Made by a program: the position numbers and the translations under genes. Positions 1 to 9,140 of a DNA stretch of 64,000 nt are shown piece after piece. Positions within the stretch are counted from its first letter, which is position 1. Each line of letters opens with the position of its first letter. The stretch is from contig DATKFV010000039.1 in NCBI GenBank assembly GCA_035511035.1, forward strand, positions 3,531-67,530, in the 5' to 3' direction. Source of the stretch: Streptosporangiaceae bacterium (GTDB lineage Bacteria; Actinomycetota; Actinomycetes; Streptosporangiales; Streptosporangiaceae). Under the pieces are notes generated by a model. The model saw only the letters and a list, made by a program, of their open reading frames with translations. It was not told the origin of the DNA and did not search any database.

Positions 1-636
1 TTCCCTGCTGGCCGCCGCGATCTCGGTGGCACCGGCGACGGCCTGCTCGGCGCTGGCGATCAGCTTCGACACGTAACCGGCCACCATGGCCGCCATGAGC
101 AAGATCACCGGCCCGTCCAGGTCGGTGCTCTGCAGGATGTCGCTCGGCTGGAGGCGCCGGAGCAGCACGACGCCGCCGCCGATGATGATCGCCGAGACCG
201 CCCCGGCCCGCACTCCCGCGACCACGGCCCAGGCCAGGGTGGGCCCGGCCAGCCAGGTCGCCGTCACCGGCATCGCGCCGTCGCGGATGTACTTCGAGTA
301 CTGCAGCAGGTCCGTCGACATCAGGGCCGCCACGGTGACCACGAGGTCCGCGCTCAGCAACACCCAGGTGCGCCGGCCTCGGGTGGAGGAGCGCGACACC
401 GATGGGTACAGGAACGTCGTGACGACCGTCCAGATCGTCATGCCCGCGAGCACGGCCCAGGCCCAGGCCCAGTGCGAGTAGAAGGAAGGCCGCAGCGCCA
501 GCAGGATCGCCGCGTACGCCAGCGAGGCGAACCGGAACGCGGCAATGGACCGCCACAGCGGCGCCTGCAGGTTCGTAGGCGGCGGCAGGATCAGCTGCGG
601 CGGCCGGGACGCGGGCCTGACGATGTGCGGGGGCAC
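1..636 (-). CDS. sensor histidine kinase, N-terminal membrane portion (MacS/DesK-like); gene continues beyond the left edge
   Basis: Not in ORF track (runs off edge). My reverse translation from GTG 636 is open to nt 1: ...LWRSIAAFRFASLAYAAILLALRPSFYSHWAWAWAVLAGMTIWTVV...VILLMAAMVAGYVSKLIASAEQAVAGATEIAAASRE. It shows several hydrophobic helices, then the onset of a helical linker. Listed + ORFs 86..481 and 472..654 are Arg/Pro-rich shadows. Confidence 0.5.
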   Translation of the reverse strand, partial: MPPHIVRPASRPPQLILPPPTNLQAPLWRSIAAFRFASLAYAAILLALRPSFYSHWAWAWAVLAGMTIWTVVTTFLYPSVSRSSTRGRRTWVLLSADLVVTVAALMSTDLLQYSKYIRDGAMPVTATWLAGPTLAWAVVAGVRAGAVSAIIIGGGVVLLRRLQPSDILQSTDLDGPVILLMAAMVAGYVSKLIASAEQAVAGATEIAAASRE

Positions 637-725
637 GAGCCGATGATCCCATGACGTGTGGGAAGGCGAAAATAGTACTTAGCCGGACCTGAGTATCCCG
701 TGCGCGGTTCTGAGTACGCGCGCTC

Positions 726-3626
726 ATGAATCAGGCTCCCGGTTGCGGCACCGTGAGACGCATGGAAACAGCTTTGCGAGCGCAGCCGCCGGCCCAGCGC
801 TGCCCGCGCTGCGCGGCCCCGGCTGACCAGCTTCGGTGCCAGGGATGCGGCGTGTGGCTCGGCGGGTCGGCGGCACGTGAGTTGCGGTGGGTCGATGCCG
901 AACTGGCCCGGCTCGATCAGTCCCGCGCGTGGCTGGTGAACCGGCGGATCGCCCTGCTCGCCGAGCTAGCCGCGACCGCCAGCGCCCCAGCTCCGGCCCC
1001 GGCTCCAGCCCTGGCCCCTTACTCGACGCGAGCTCCCGCCGAGCGTCCCGAGCGTCCCGAGCGTCCCGAGCGTCCCGAGCTGTCCGGCCGGGCCGTCGCC
1101 AGGCTCCTCCTCGCCGCCGGCGCCGTGCTGGTCGTGATCGCCGCCGCCGCGTTCACGGTCGCGAACTGGACCGACATCGGCGCCCTCGGCCGGAGCCTGA
1201 TCCTGCTCGCCATGACCGCGATCGTGCTGACCGCACCTGTGCCGCTGCGGCGCCGGGGCCTGGACGCGACCGCCGAGTCGGTGGCCGCGATCGGGCTGGC
1301 GTTCACGCTGGCCGACGCCTATCTGCTCGCCAGGCTCGCGCATCCCGGCCTCACCGGCGGGCCGCTCGCCGCTGGCTTGGTCACGGCCGTGCTCGCCGCG
1401 AGCTGGGCGGCCTACGGGATCGCCACCAGGCTGCGCGGGCCCCGCCTCGCCGCGATCGGGCTAGCCCAGCTGCCCCTCCTGTTCATCACCGCCGGGCTGG
1501 CGCCGCACTGCATCGCACTCGGCCTCGTGGTCACCGCCGCCGCCGACCTCGGCTTCGCCCGGTTCGCCGGCCAGCGCGAATGGAGACCTGAGCAGGTGAT
1601 GAGCCTGGCTGTCGGGGCGATCACCTGGCTGGCGGGCGTGCTGCTGGCGGGCGGGCAGGCGCTACTCGGGCCGCAACTCTGGTCGCCGGCCGCGCTGGCC
1701 GGGGCCGCCGCGATCGCCTGCTGGCTGGCGCCGTCAGCCGAGCGCGCCCTGACCAGGTGCGCGAGCATCGTCACCGGCACGCTGGCGATCCTGACGGTGC
1801 CGCTCGCCGGCTGGGCCCGGCTCGCCGTCCTCACCGTCGCCGCCGTCACGCTGGTCGCGCTGCCCGCTCTCGCCGGGGAAAGCCCAAGGACCAGCCGAGG
1901 GACCGGCCCCGAGACCAGCCCCGAGACCAGCCCCGAGGGTGACCGGCCTCAGGCCAGCCGATCCGCCGCCATCGACCGCACCTCCGCGAGTTGCGGGGCC
2001 GTGCTCGCGGCCGTCGCGGCGGCCTGGTCACTCGCAAGCCCGGCCATGACCGTGGCCGTGTTCGCCGTCCTCACGGTCGCCTTCGGGCTGACCGCCGCCC
2101 GCGCCAAGAGACTGGCCGCGCTCGGCACCGCCCTGGCCATCGCCGCCGCGACCGGCCTTGCCATCGCGGCCCCGCTCGCGGCGGGCTGGCCGGTCGCCAG
2201 AGCCGCGTTCGCCGCCGTCGGGGTCGCCGTGATCGCCCTGGTCACCGCCGCGCTCATCAGGGAACGCAAGCCGGCCCAGGCCCGCGTGCTCGACGTCGGC
2301 ACCGCCCCGCTCATCGTGCTGGCCGCGATCGTGGCCGCCCACGAGCCGGACGCGCTCGCGCTCGTCGCCGCCTGCGCGGCGGTGCTCGGCGGCGGAGCCG
2401 CCTGGGCCCGGGCCGGCCAGGGGCGGACCGTCGCGCTGATCGGCACCGGCTGCGCGGTCGCGGCCGCGATCGCCGCCCAGTTCAGGCCGCTCGCACTGGC
2501 CTGGGCCGCCCCGTTCAGGCAGCTCGGCCAGCCCTGGCACGGGCATCCGCTGCTCGTCGAGCACACCGGGCTCTCCTTCGCCATCAGCGTGCTGACGGTC
2601 AGCCTGGCCGCCGGGGTCGCCGCCGCCGGGGCCTGGCGCGGCCACCGGCGCGGCATACTCGACGCGGCCGCCACGGCCTGCGCCGTTCTGCTCGCCCCGG
2701 CCCTGCTCGCCGGCGGCCTGCCCTACGGCGTGGCTCTCGGCTGCGCGCTGGCCCTCACCCTGGTCCTGACCGGCTGGGCCGCGATCAGCGGCACCGTCGC
2801 CTCGGCCCGCGGCGCCGTGATCAGCACCGCAGTCACGCTCGCCTGGTCACTGGCGGGGCCGGCGCCTACCCTGATCACCCTCGGCGTCCTCGCCGCCGCT
2901 TACCCGCTCGCCGCCTGGCGCTGCCAGCGCCCGGCCGGCCGGGCCGTCGTCGAAGGCGTGGCCGTGCTCACGGCGGCCGGCTTCACGGCGGCGGCCGTGC
3001 TAGCTGCCGACGGCTCCGGCTGGCTGGCCACAGCCTGCGCCTTGAGCGTCGCAGCACTGAGCATCACAGGCTCGGCCTGGCGCCAGGGCCGAAGGCCGCT
3101 GCTCTGGACCGGGCTCGTGATCGCCGAGGCGGCCTGGTGCGCGTGGCTGATCACCTGGGGCGTCACCGCGATCGAGCCCTACACGGTCCCGGCCGCCGCG
3201 ATCGCGCTCGGCTTCGGCTGGCAGGCCGGCCAGCGCCGCGAAGAGCGCGGCGAAGAGCCCGGCGAAGAGCCCGGCTCCTGGGCGGCCTACGGCACGGGCC
3301 TGGCCATCCTGCTGCTGCCCAGCCTCATCGTGGCCTGGCAAGGCTACGGCTGGCTCCGCCCCGCGCTGCTCGCCGCCGGCGCGGCGGGCGTGGCGCTGGC
3401 CGGAGCGCGGTTGCGGCTCCAGGCGCCGCTGCTGACCGGCATCGCGGTCGCCGTGCTCGACGCCGGTCACCAGCTCACGCCCGAGATCCGCCAGCTGGCC
3501 CAGGCGCTGCCCGGCTGGCTGCCGGTCGCCGTCATCGGCGCCGCCCTGCTCTGGGCCGGCGCCACCTACGAGGCCAGGCTCCGCAACCTCGCCACCCTCC
3601 GCCACGCCCTAGCCACCCTCCGCTAG
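726..3626 (+). CDS. very large polytopic membrane protein with N-terminal zinc ribbon (SCO7613 C-terminal-domain-like)
   Basis: 966-aa ORF. N-terminus CPRCAAPADQLRCQGCGVW (CxxC..CxxC), then more than 20 Ala/Leu/Gly-rich hydrophobic segments. Three short in-frame peptide repeats. Alternative start METALR at 762. Confidence 0.6.
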   Translation: MNQAPGCGTVRRMETALRAQPPAQRCPRCAAPADQLRCQGCGVWLGGSAARELRWVDAELARLDQSRAWLVNRRIALLAELAATASAPAPAPAPALAPYSTRAPAERPERPERPERPELSGRAVARLLLAAGAVLVVIAAAAFTVANWTDIGALGRSLILLAMTAIVLTAPVPLRRRGLDATAESVAAIGLAFTLADAYLLARLAHPGLTGGPLAAGLVTAVLAASWAAYGIATRLRGPRLAAIGLAQLPLLFITAGLAPHCIALGLVVTAAADLGFARFAGQREWRPEQVMSLAVGAITWLAGVLLAGGQALLGPQLWSPAALAGAAAIACWLAPSAERALTRCASIVTGTLAILTVPLAGWARLAVLTVAAVTLVALPALAGESPRTSRGTGPETSPETSPEGDRPQASRSAAIDRTSASCGAVLAAVAAAWSLASPAMTVAVFAVLTVAFGLTAARAKRLAALGTALAIAAATGLAIAAPLAAGWPVARAAFAAVGVAVIALVTAALIRERKPAQARVLDVGTAPLIVLAAIVAAHEPDALALVAACAAVLGGGAAWARAGQGRTVALIGTGCAVAAAIAAQFRPLALAWAAPFRQLGQPWHGHPLLVEHTGLSFAISVLTVSLAAGVAAAGAWRGHRRGILDAAATACAVLLAPALLAGGLPYGVALGCALALTLVLTGWAAISGTVASARGAVISTAVTLAWSLAGPAPTLITLGVLAAAYPLAAWRCQRPAGRAVVEGVAVLTAAGFTAAAVLAADGSGWLATACALSVAALSITGSAWRQGRRPLLWTGLVIAEAAWCAWLITWGVTAIEPYTVPAAAIALGFGWQAGQRREERGEEPGEEPGSWAAYGTGLAILLLPSLIVAWQGYGWLRPALLAAGAAGVALAGARLRLQAPLLTGIAVAVLDAGHQLTPEIRQLAQALPGWLPVAVIGAALLWAGATYEARLRNLATLRHALATLR

Positions 3627-3731
3627 CGCCGAGATTGACTCGGCTGCCCATTTACAACCAGATGACCGAGATCGGCGTCTCAGTGGTCATCGCGGACCGT
3701 GTCCGATCGGTTGTGAAGATTGGGGTCATCT

Positions 3732-4907
3732 ATGAAACTTTCGCGGCGGATCGCATGGAGCGTCCTGCCAGCGGCGCTGGCCGCTTCCTGCCTCGCCCTC
3801 CCGGCGACGACGGCGCTGGCGGTGCCGTCGGCGCAGGCGTCGCCGGACAGCACGCCGGTCCCGGCTGGCTTCGTCGCCCAGTCGACTAGCTGGATCTCGC
3901 CCAGCCAGGGCTGGGTGCTCGGCACCGAGATCTGCGGGAAGGTCAGCAACTGCACGACGTCCCAGGTCATCGGCACCACCAATGGCGGCGCGACCTGGAG
4001 CCAGATCGGCCCGCTCAACGCCCAGATCCCGAAGATGGGCCAGGCGGGCACCGGCACGATCACCGAGATCAGCTTCGCCAGCGCCAGCATCGGCTGGGGC
4101 TTCGGGCCTGGCCTGTACCACACCGCCAACGGCGGCAAGACCTGGCAGACGGAGAAGATCCCCGGCGGCGGCAAGCAGGTGCTCGACCTCGCCGTCACCA
4201 AGACGGCGGCGTACCTGATCGCCTCGCCCTGCGCCTACGCGACCGGCATCTGCGGCAGCAAGCCGCTGACCACCTGGCGGACGACCGTGGCGAGCACGAC
4301 CTGGACCAAGATGCCGGTGACCCTGCACGCGAACGTGAACGCCGACGTCAGCGCCAGCGGCAACGCGGTCTACCTGGTCAACCAGCGCCTCGACGGCCCT
4401 GACAACCCGTCCCAGCTCTACGTCAGCACGAACGGCGGCACCTCGTTCAGGGCCAGGCACGTCCCCTGCGGCTCGCAGAGCGAGTTCAACCTGGTCCAGG
4501 CGGCCGCCTACTCGGCGACTGGCGTCGGGTTCCTGTGCGACGGCGACCCTGGCTTCGGCAAGGCGGTCAAGACCGTGTACCTGTCGGACAACAACGGCAA
4601 GACTGACGCCAGCGCCGGCACCATGGGCCAGTACGGGATCCAGGCCGAGCTCGCGATCTCGCCGAGCCGGAACCTGGCCGTCGAGTCCTGGTCGATCGGC
4701 TCGTTCATCTACATCAACGACAACCACGGCAAGAAGTGGTACATGATCATCGGCTCCGGCGACGGCGGCGCGGGCTTCAACGACATCACCTACGTCAGCG
4801 GCCGCGAAGCTTGGGTCGTGTACGGGCCGGCTGACGGGTTCTCCGGCTACGGCCAGATCTACAAGACGGCCAACTCAGGCCGGAAGTGGCAGCTGGTGAA
4901 CTTCTAA
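3732..4907 (+). CDS. secreted BNR/Asp-box beta-propeller protein (Ycf48/sialidase-like fold)
   Basis: ORF 3720..4907. ATG 3732 gives signal peptide MKLSRRIAWSVLPAALAASCLALPATTALA. Repeated Asp-box-like motifs TTNGGATWSQ, TANGGKTWQT, STNGGTSF, TANSGRKWQL. Confidence 0.7.
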   Translation: MKLSRRIAWSVLPAALAASCLALPATTALAVPSAQASPDSTPVPAGFVAQSTSWISPSQGWVLGTEICGKVSNCTTSQVIGTTNGGATWSQIGPLNAQIPKMGQAGTGTITEISFASASIGWGFGPGLYHTANGGKTWQTEKIPGGGKQVLDLAVTKTAAYLIASPCAYATGICGSKPLTTWRTTVASTTWTKMPVTLHANVNADVSASGNAVYLVNQRLDGPDNPSQLYVSTNGGTSFRARHVPCGSQSEFNLVQAAAYSATGVGFLCDGDPGFGKAVKTVYLSDNNGKTDASAGTMGQYGIQAELAISPSRNLAVESWSIGSFIYINDNHGKKWYMIIGSGDGGAGFNDITYVSGREAWVVYGPADGFSGYGQIYKTANSGRKWQLVNF

Positions 4908-4921
4908 CTTATGCAAAAGGT

Positions 4922-4963
4922 CGGCCAGCGCCTGGGCTCCATGGAGCACCCGGTCGCTGGCCG
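4922..4963. terminator. nested inverted repeat between convergent genes, possible bidirectional terminator
   Basis: CGGCCAGCG (4922-4930) pairs with CGCTGGCCG (4955-4963). The loop contains the perfect palindrome GCTCCATGGAGC (4936-4947). Confidence 0.4.
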
Positions 4964-5011
4964 GCTCACCCAACGGCAGTCGCGGGAGGACCGCCAAATT
5001 TGCGTAATGGG

Positions 5012-5911
5012 TTAAAGGTCCTTCAGCAGTCCCTTCATGTACCTGACGCTATTGGCCGGCGTCATCGCCTCGACGCTGAGCCGGTCCATCACCATCAGGT
5101 AATTGTCAAGCATCTCCGGTTTGTCCAGGTAGAGCGCGCTGGTGAGCTGCTCGAGGTAGACCACGTCCGGCAGGTCGAACTCGGCGAAGCGCAGAATGCT
5201 GAACGGGCCGCCCGCGGCGGCGTGTCCGCCCGCGGTGAACGGGACGACCTGGATCGTGACGTTGGTCCGCTGGGCCATCTCGACCAGGTGCCTGATCTGC
5301 GCCTGCATGATGTCGGGGCCGCCGATGTGGCGGCGCAGCACGGCCTCGTCGAGCACCGCCCAGATGTTGGGGGGCTCGGGCCTGGTGAAGACGACCTGCC
5401 GGGCCAGCCGGAGCGCGACTCGCCGGTCGAGGTCGCGCTCGGTCGCGTTCGGGTAGCCGAGCAGGGTGACCGCGCGAGCGTAGTCGCCGGTCTGCAGCAA
5501 GCCGGGCACGAACTGCACCTCGTAGGCGCGGACCTGGGTCGCGGCTTCCTCGAGCCCGACGTAGGCCTCGAACCAGCCAGGCAAGATGTCAGAGTAGTCG
5601 TGCCACCAGCCCGGCTTGTTGGCCCGCATCGCCAGGTCGCGCAGCGCCTGCCGCTCCTGCTCGTCGGTCACGCCGTACATGGTCAGCAAGTCCGCGATGT
5701 CGCGGTCCTTGAAGCCGACCCGGCCGGTCTCCAGTCGGCTGATCTTGCTGTGCGAGGCGCGGATCGCGTTACCCGCCTCTTCCAGCGAGATCCGCTTGTC
5801 CTCCCGCAGTCGCCTCAGCTGGGCGCCGAGCAAGATACGGAGGACGGTGGGACCGCCACCCCCGCCGGTGATCAGGCTCTCGACCCGCCCGGTCTCGGCT
5901 GCTTCGACCAT
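5012..5911 (-). CDS. XRE-family HTH regulator with DUF5753-type C-terminal domain (WhiJ/Scr1-like)
   Basis: HTH LGAQLRRLREDKRISLEEAGNAIRASHSKISRLETG. The C-terminal region resembles the abundant actinomycete family. Confidence 0.85.
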   Translation of the reverse strand: MVEAAETGRVESLITGGGGGPTVLRILLGAQLRRLREDKRISLEEAGNAIRASHSKISRLETGRVGFKDRDIADLLTMYGVTDEQERQALRDLAMRANKPGWWHDYSDILPGWFEAYVGLEEAATQVRAYEVQFVPGLLQTGDYARAVTLLGYPNATERDLDRRVALRLARQVVFTRPEPPNIWAVLDEAVLRRHIGGPDIMQAQIRHLVEMAQRTNVTIQVVPFTAGGHAAAGGPFSILRFAEFDLPDVVYLEQLTSALYLDKPEMLDNYLMVMDRLSVEAMTPANSVRYMKGLLKDL

Positions 5912-6111
5912 GCGTCCTCCCGAACGCTGCTCTTATGAAACCCCACTGCTCCTACTAGAACCCGCTGCGTGAGCCCAGTGCGGTCGGCTCAACCAATGGA
6001 GTGTCCCACGAACGCGGGCCATTCGGCTACAAGGCGGGCCTAAGCGGCATTGGAATACCGAAACTCCCCGTGTGGGCGGAAGAGCGCAGCGAGGGGGGTT
6101 TAGCGGAAATC

Positions 6112-6357
6112 CTATCCGACGAACAGGCCAGGACCATCGAAGTCGCCGTCGCGGGCACCGAGCAGGAAAGCCTCCCACTCGGCCTTGGTGAAGACCAGCG
6201 CCGGGCCGTCGGGGAAGCGCGAGTTGCGGACCGCGACCCCGCCGGTCGGCAGCCCGGCCGCCTCGACGCAGTTCCCGCTGGGGTTGCTGTAGCGGGACTT
6301 GCGCCAGGCCGCCTTGGCCAGCGAAGACGCCTGCACCCCGTTGTATGCGATGTCCAC
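6112..6357 (-). CDS. DUF397 domain protein
   Basis: 81 aa; WRKSRYSNPSGNCVEAAGLPTGGVAVRNSRFPDGPALVFTKAEWEAFLLGARDGDFD is the canonical DUF397 signature. Confidence 0.85.
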   Translation of the reverse strand: MDIAYNGVQASSLAKAAWRKSRYSNPSGNCVEAAGLPTGGVAVRNSRFPDGPALVFTKAEWEAFLLGARDGDFDGPGLFVG

Positions 6358-6587
6358 CGTAGATCCCTTCGCGGCGGCGGCTGATCCTGACTCTCCCGGC
6401 TTGCGACAAAGCGCCTAAAGCGCGCCAGCAGGGCCAATAACCACTGCCTCAAACGTTCTGTGCTGCTGCACTTGCATGTGCACGCCATTAATGGCATCGT
6501 AACGGACGAACAGGCTCTCTTGGTCTCGTCCCGATACCGGTGCGAGGCCGGACACGATGACGTCGTTGCATGCACTAGGGACATCAG

Positions 6588-7148
6588 GTGACATTCGCGC
6601 AGACCTGGGACGTGAGCTATGGCACGGAGGGGGGCGCTGGCGCCGCGCCCAGTCTGGTGTCCGCCAGCCCGGTCCCTGACCTCCCAGTACCTGACTTGCC
6701 AGTACCGGCGGTCACAGCTGCCTGTGCCGCGGCGTTTCCATCGAGCGTCAGGCAGGTCTTCCTCGCCATCGGCCCTGAGTCGGCCAAGGCGGCCCGCGAC
6801 TTCACCAAGTCGGTACTGCGCGAGTGGGGACTCGACGACCTCATCTCCGAGGCGGCGCTGATCGCCTCGGAGCTGGTCACGAACGCGATCAGGCACGGGG
6901 CGTGCGGTCCGGCTGAAGGCGACGACGAGACGCAGGCGAAGGTCGAGCTGGCCTGGCAGCGGCAGGCCAGCCGGGTCATCTGCGTGGTGACCGACCGCAG
7001 CCCGCTGCCGCCGGTGCTCGGAGCGGCCGACGCCGACGCCGAGTCGGGCCGGGGCCTTCAGGTCGTGGCGGCCATCGCGGCGGCTTGGGGCTGGACGATG
7101 CTCGGTGCCTGTAGCAAGGCGGTCTGGGCGGCCCTGGGCATCTTGTAG
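6588..7148 (+). CDS. ATP-binding protein, SpoIIAB-like anti-sigma-factor kinase (HATPase_c_2)
   Basis: ARDFTKSVLREWGLDDLISEAALIASELVTNAIRHG ... ESGRGLQVVAAIAAAWGW. Divergent from the DUF397/XRE pair. Start uncertain. Confidence 0.7.
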   Translation: MTFAQTWDVSYGTEGGAGAAPSLVSASPVPDLPVPDLPVPAVTAACAAAFPSSVRQVFLAIGPESAKAARDFTKSVLREWGLDDLISEAALIASELVTNAIRHGACGPAEGDDETQAKVELAWQRQASRVICVVTDRSPLPPVLGAADADAESGRGLQVVAAIAAAWGWTMLGACSKAVWAALGIL

Positions 7149-7210
7149 CCCGTTTACTGATCCGTTGCGTCCCCCTTGTCTCCCCTGGGACAAAACTGTA
7201 TGTTCACGGC

Positions 7211-7936
7211 ATGAAACGCTGGTTCGCCATTGCCGTCGGATCCTTAGCAGTTCTCACTCTCTTCGGGACCGCGCTGTCGGGGCCCGCACTAGCCAACACA
7301 GCACTGGCCAGCCCGTTGCAGACCAGTTCCGATACCTCGACCAGTTGGGCAGGCTACTACCTGTCCGGGGCCAACGGCGCCTTCAGCAGCGTCTCGGCCT
7401 CGTGGACGGTGCCGACCGCGACCTGCGTCGCCGGCGACCAGTACGTCGCCTTCTGGGTCGGGCTCGACGGGGTCAGCAGCGACAGCGTCGAGCAAGTCGG
7501 GATGGACGCCGACTGCACCAGCGGCAGTCCCGACTACTACGGCTGGTACGAGATGTACCCGGCCGACCCGGTGTTCTTCAGCAACACCGTGAGCCCGGGC
7601 GACTCGATGAGCGCCTCGGTCACCTTCAGCGGCGCCGACACCTACACGCTGGTGCTCGCCGACTCGACCGCGGGCTGGACCCACACGATCACCAAGAACG
7701 AGTCCGGCCTGGCCCGGTCATCGGCCGAGGTAGTCACGCAGGGGCCGGGCACCAGTGGCAAGGTCACCGACTTCGGCAAGATCACCTACACCGCCTGCCA
7801 GGTCAACGGCACTTCGATGGGCACCCAGGATCCGACCGGGGTCACGATGGTGAACGGCAGCGGCAAGACGCTGGTGTCCACGTCGGCGATGACCTCGGCG
7901 GGCAAGTTCACCAACACCTGGGTCAGGCCCTCGTAG
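7211..7936 (+). CDS. secreted G1-family glutamic endopeptidase (eqolisin/peptidase A4-like)
   Basis: Signal peptide MKRWFAIAVGSLAVLTLFGTALSGPALA. Motifs SWAGYY, SASWTVPTATC, AFWVGLDG, VEQVG (catalytic Gln position), YGWYEMYP (catalytic Glu position). Confidence 0.7.
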   Translation: MKRWFAIAVGSLAVLTLFGTALSGPALANTALASPLQTSSDTSTSWAGYYLSGANGAFSSVSASWTVPTATCVAGDQYVAFWVGLDGVSSDSVEQVGMDADCTSGSPDYYGWYEMYPADPVFFSNTVSPGDSMSASVTFSGADTYTLVLADSTAGWTHTITKNESGLARSSAEVVTQGPGTSGKVTDFGKITYTACQVNGTSMGTQDPTGVTMVNGSGKTLVSTSAMTSAGKFTNTWVRPS

Positions 7937-9140
7937 CGCCCGCGCTCGCCGGTACCCGGATCGACCTGGCCCAGCCAGGGGCTTCGGGTGCGTCGTCACC
8001 GAGCAGGCCGACGACGACTCGCATGCTCTTGGGCCCGGCGTCCGGCCAGGGCGTGTAGCCGTCGGTGAGCACGACCGTGACGCTCGGCCGCGGCCGCAGC
8101 GCCGCCGCGGCCACGATCCCTGCCCCCATGTCGGTGCCGCCGCCGCCGACCAGCTCGACCTGCCGGGCCGAGGTGATCCGGCGGGCCGCCGACGCCGCCG
8201 TGTCGCAGGCGATCACGCGCAGCTGCCTGGCCAGGCCGAGCGCTCGCAGCAGGCCGTCCACCTCGGCGAGCGCCGCGGCGAGCAGGTCATCGGTCATGCT
8301 GCCGGAGGTGTCGCAGACGACCGCTACCTGCGGCTGCGGGCGGCGCAGCGCGGGCAGCACGACCGGCCCGGCCACGCTGGCCCGCCGGGATGGTCGCCGG
8401 TAGGAGTAGTCGACCGCGCCCATCGTGTCGGCGATCGCCTTGCGCAGCTCGGCGGTAAGCGCCCGGCGCCAGTCGACGGTCGGCGCGAGCAGCTCGGTGG
8501 CCCAGCGCAGCAGGCCGGCCGGGACGGTGCCCGGTTCATGGCCGTGCTGCTTGGTGACCTCCTGGGCGACCAGCCGGCGCAGCAGGCGGGCTTGCCACGG
8601 GGACAGGCCGGGCTGGCCGGGCTGGCCGGGCTGGCCGCTTCCTTCCCACGGGCGGTGCAGGCCGTCGGCGCCGCTGCCGCAGTCCAGGTTCCAGGCGGGC
8701 TGGCCTTGCATGCCCCTGGTCGCGGTGAAGTAGGCCTCGGCGAGCAGGCCGGGAGGACGGCGCAGGTGGTGCGGCAGCACCGGGGTGCCGGGCAACTCGA
8801 GCCCGGCCGGGATCAGGTCGTCGTTGATCTCCGCGTCCGCGCCGCGCATCCACGCCTGGGCGTCGTGAGTCTCGACGCCGGCCCCGGCCGCCCTGGCGCC
8901 GTGCTCGCGGAGCAGGTGGCAGACGTGGTGCACCAGCACGCTGCCGAGCTGGGCGGCGGACCAGCCCGCCGTTATCTCCGGGTCGGCCCAGAGGCGCCAC
9001 TGCTCGTCGACGGCGACGGTGCCGATGCCAGGCGCTGGCGCGGGCACGATCCCGAACACGCCGCTGGCCAGGTAGGGGAACTTCGCCGCGGCCCAGAGCC
9101 GCGCCGGGCCGAGCGCCTCGGCGGCTCGTTCTTCGGTCAC
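7923..9140 (-). CDS. VWA domain protein with DUF2201-type metallopeptidase-like N-terminal domain
   Basis: 405 aa. N-domain ...LGSVLVHHVCHLLREH...WMRGADAEINDDL. C-terminal VWA domain with MIDAS VAVVCDTSGSM. GTG 9140 overlaps the upstream stop (GTGA). Confidence 0.8.
   Translation of the reverse strand: MTEERAAEALGPARLWAAAKFPYLASGVFGIVPAPAPGIGTVAVDEQWRLWADPEITAGWSAAQLGSVLVHHVCHLLREHGARAAGAGVETHDAQAWMRGADAEINDDLIPAGLELPGTPVLPHHLRRPPGLLAEAYFTATRGMQGQPAWNLDCGSGADGLHRPWEGSGQPGQPGQPGLSPWQARLLRRLVAQEVTKQHGHEPGTVPAGLLRWATELLAPTVDWRRALTAELRKAIADTMGAVDYSYRRPSRRASVAGPVVLPALRRPQPQVAVVCDTSGSMTDDLLAAALAEVDGLLRALGLARQLRVIACDTAASAARRITSARQVELVGGGGTDMGAGIVAAAALRPRPSVTVVLTDGYTPWPDAGPKSMRVVVGLLGDDAPEAPGWARSIRVPASAGATRA

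Noticed and set aside
1991-3889. 632-aa + ORF overlapping the 726..3626 gene, and similar long overlapping ORFs (6027..7193 -, 24667..26565 +, 29005..30504 -, 40930..41952 -, 42974..44449 -, 46296..47366 -, 49218..50600 -, 52243..53445 -, 57205..58368 -)
   Set aside because: The translations are dominated by Arg/Pro/Gly/Ala, as expected for out-of-frame or antisense reading of about 70% GC coding DNA. Each overlaps an ORF with a clear family signature.
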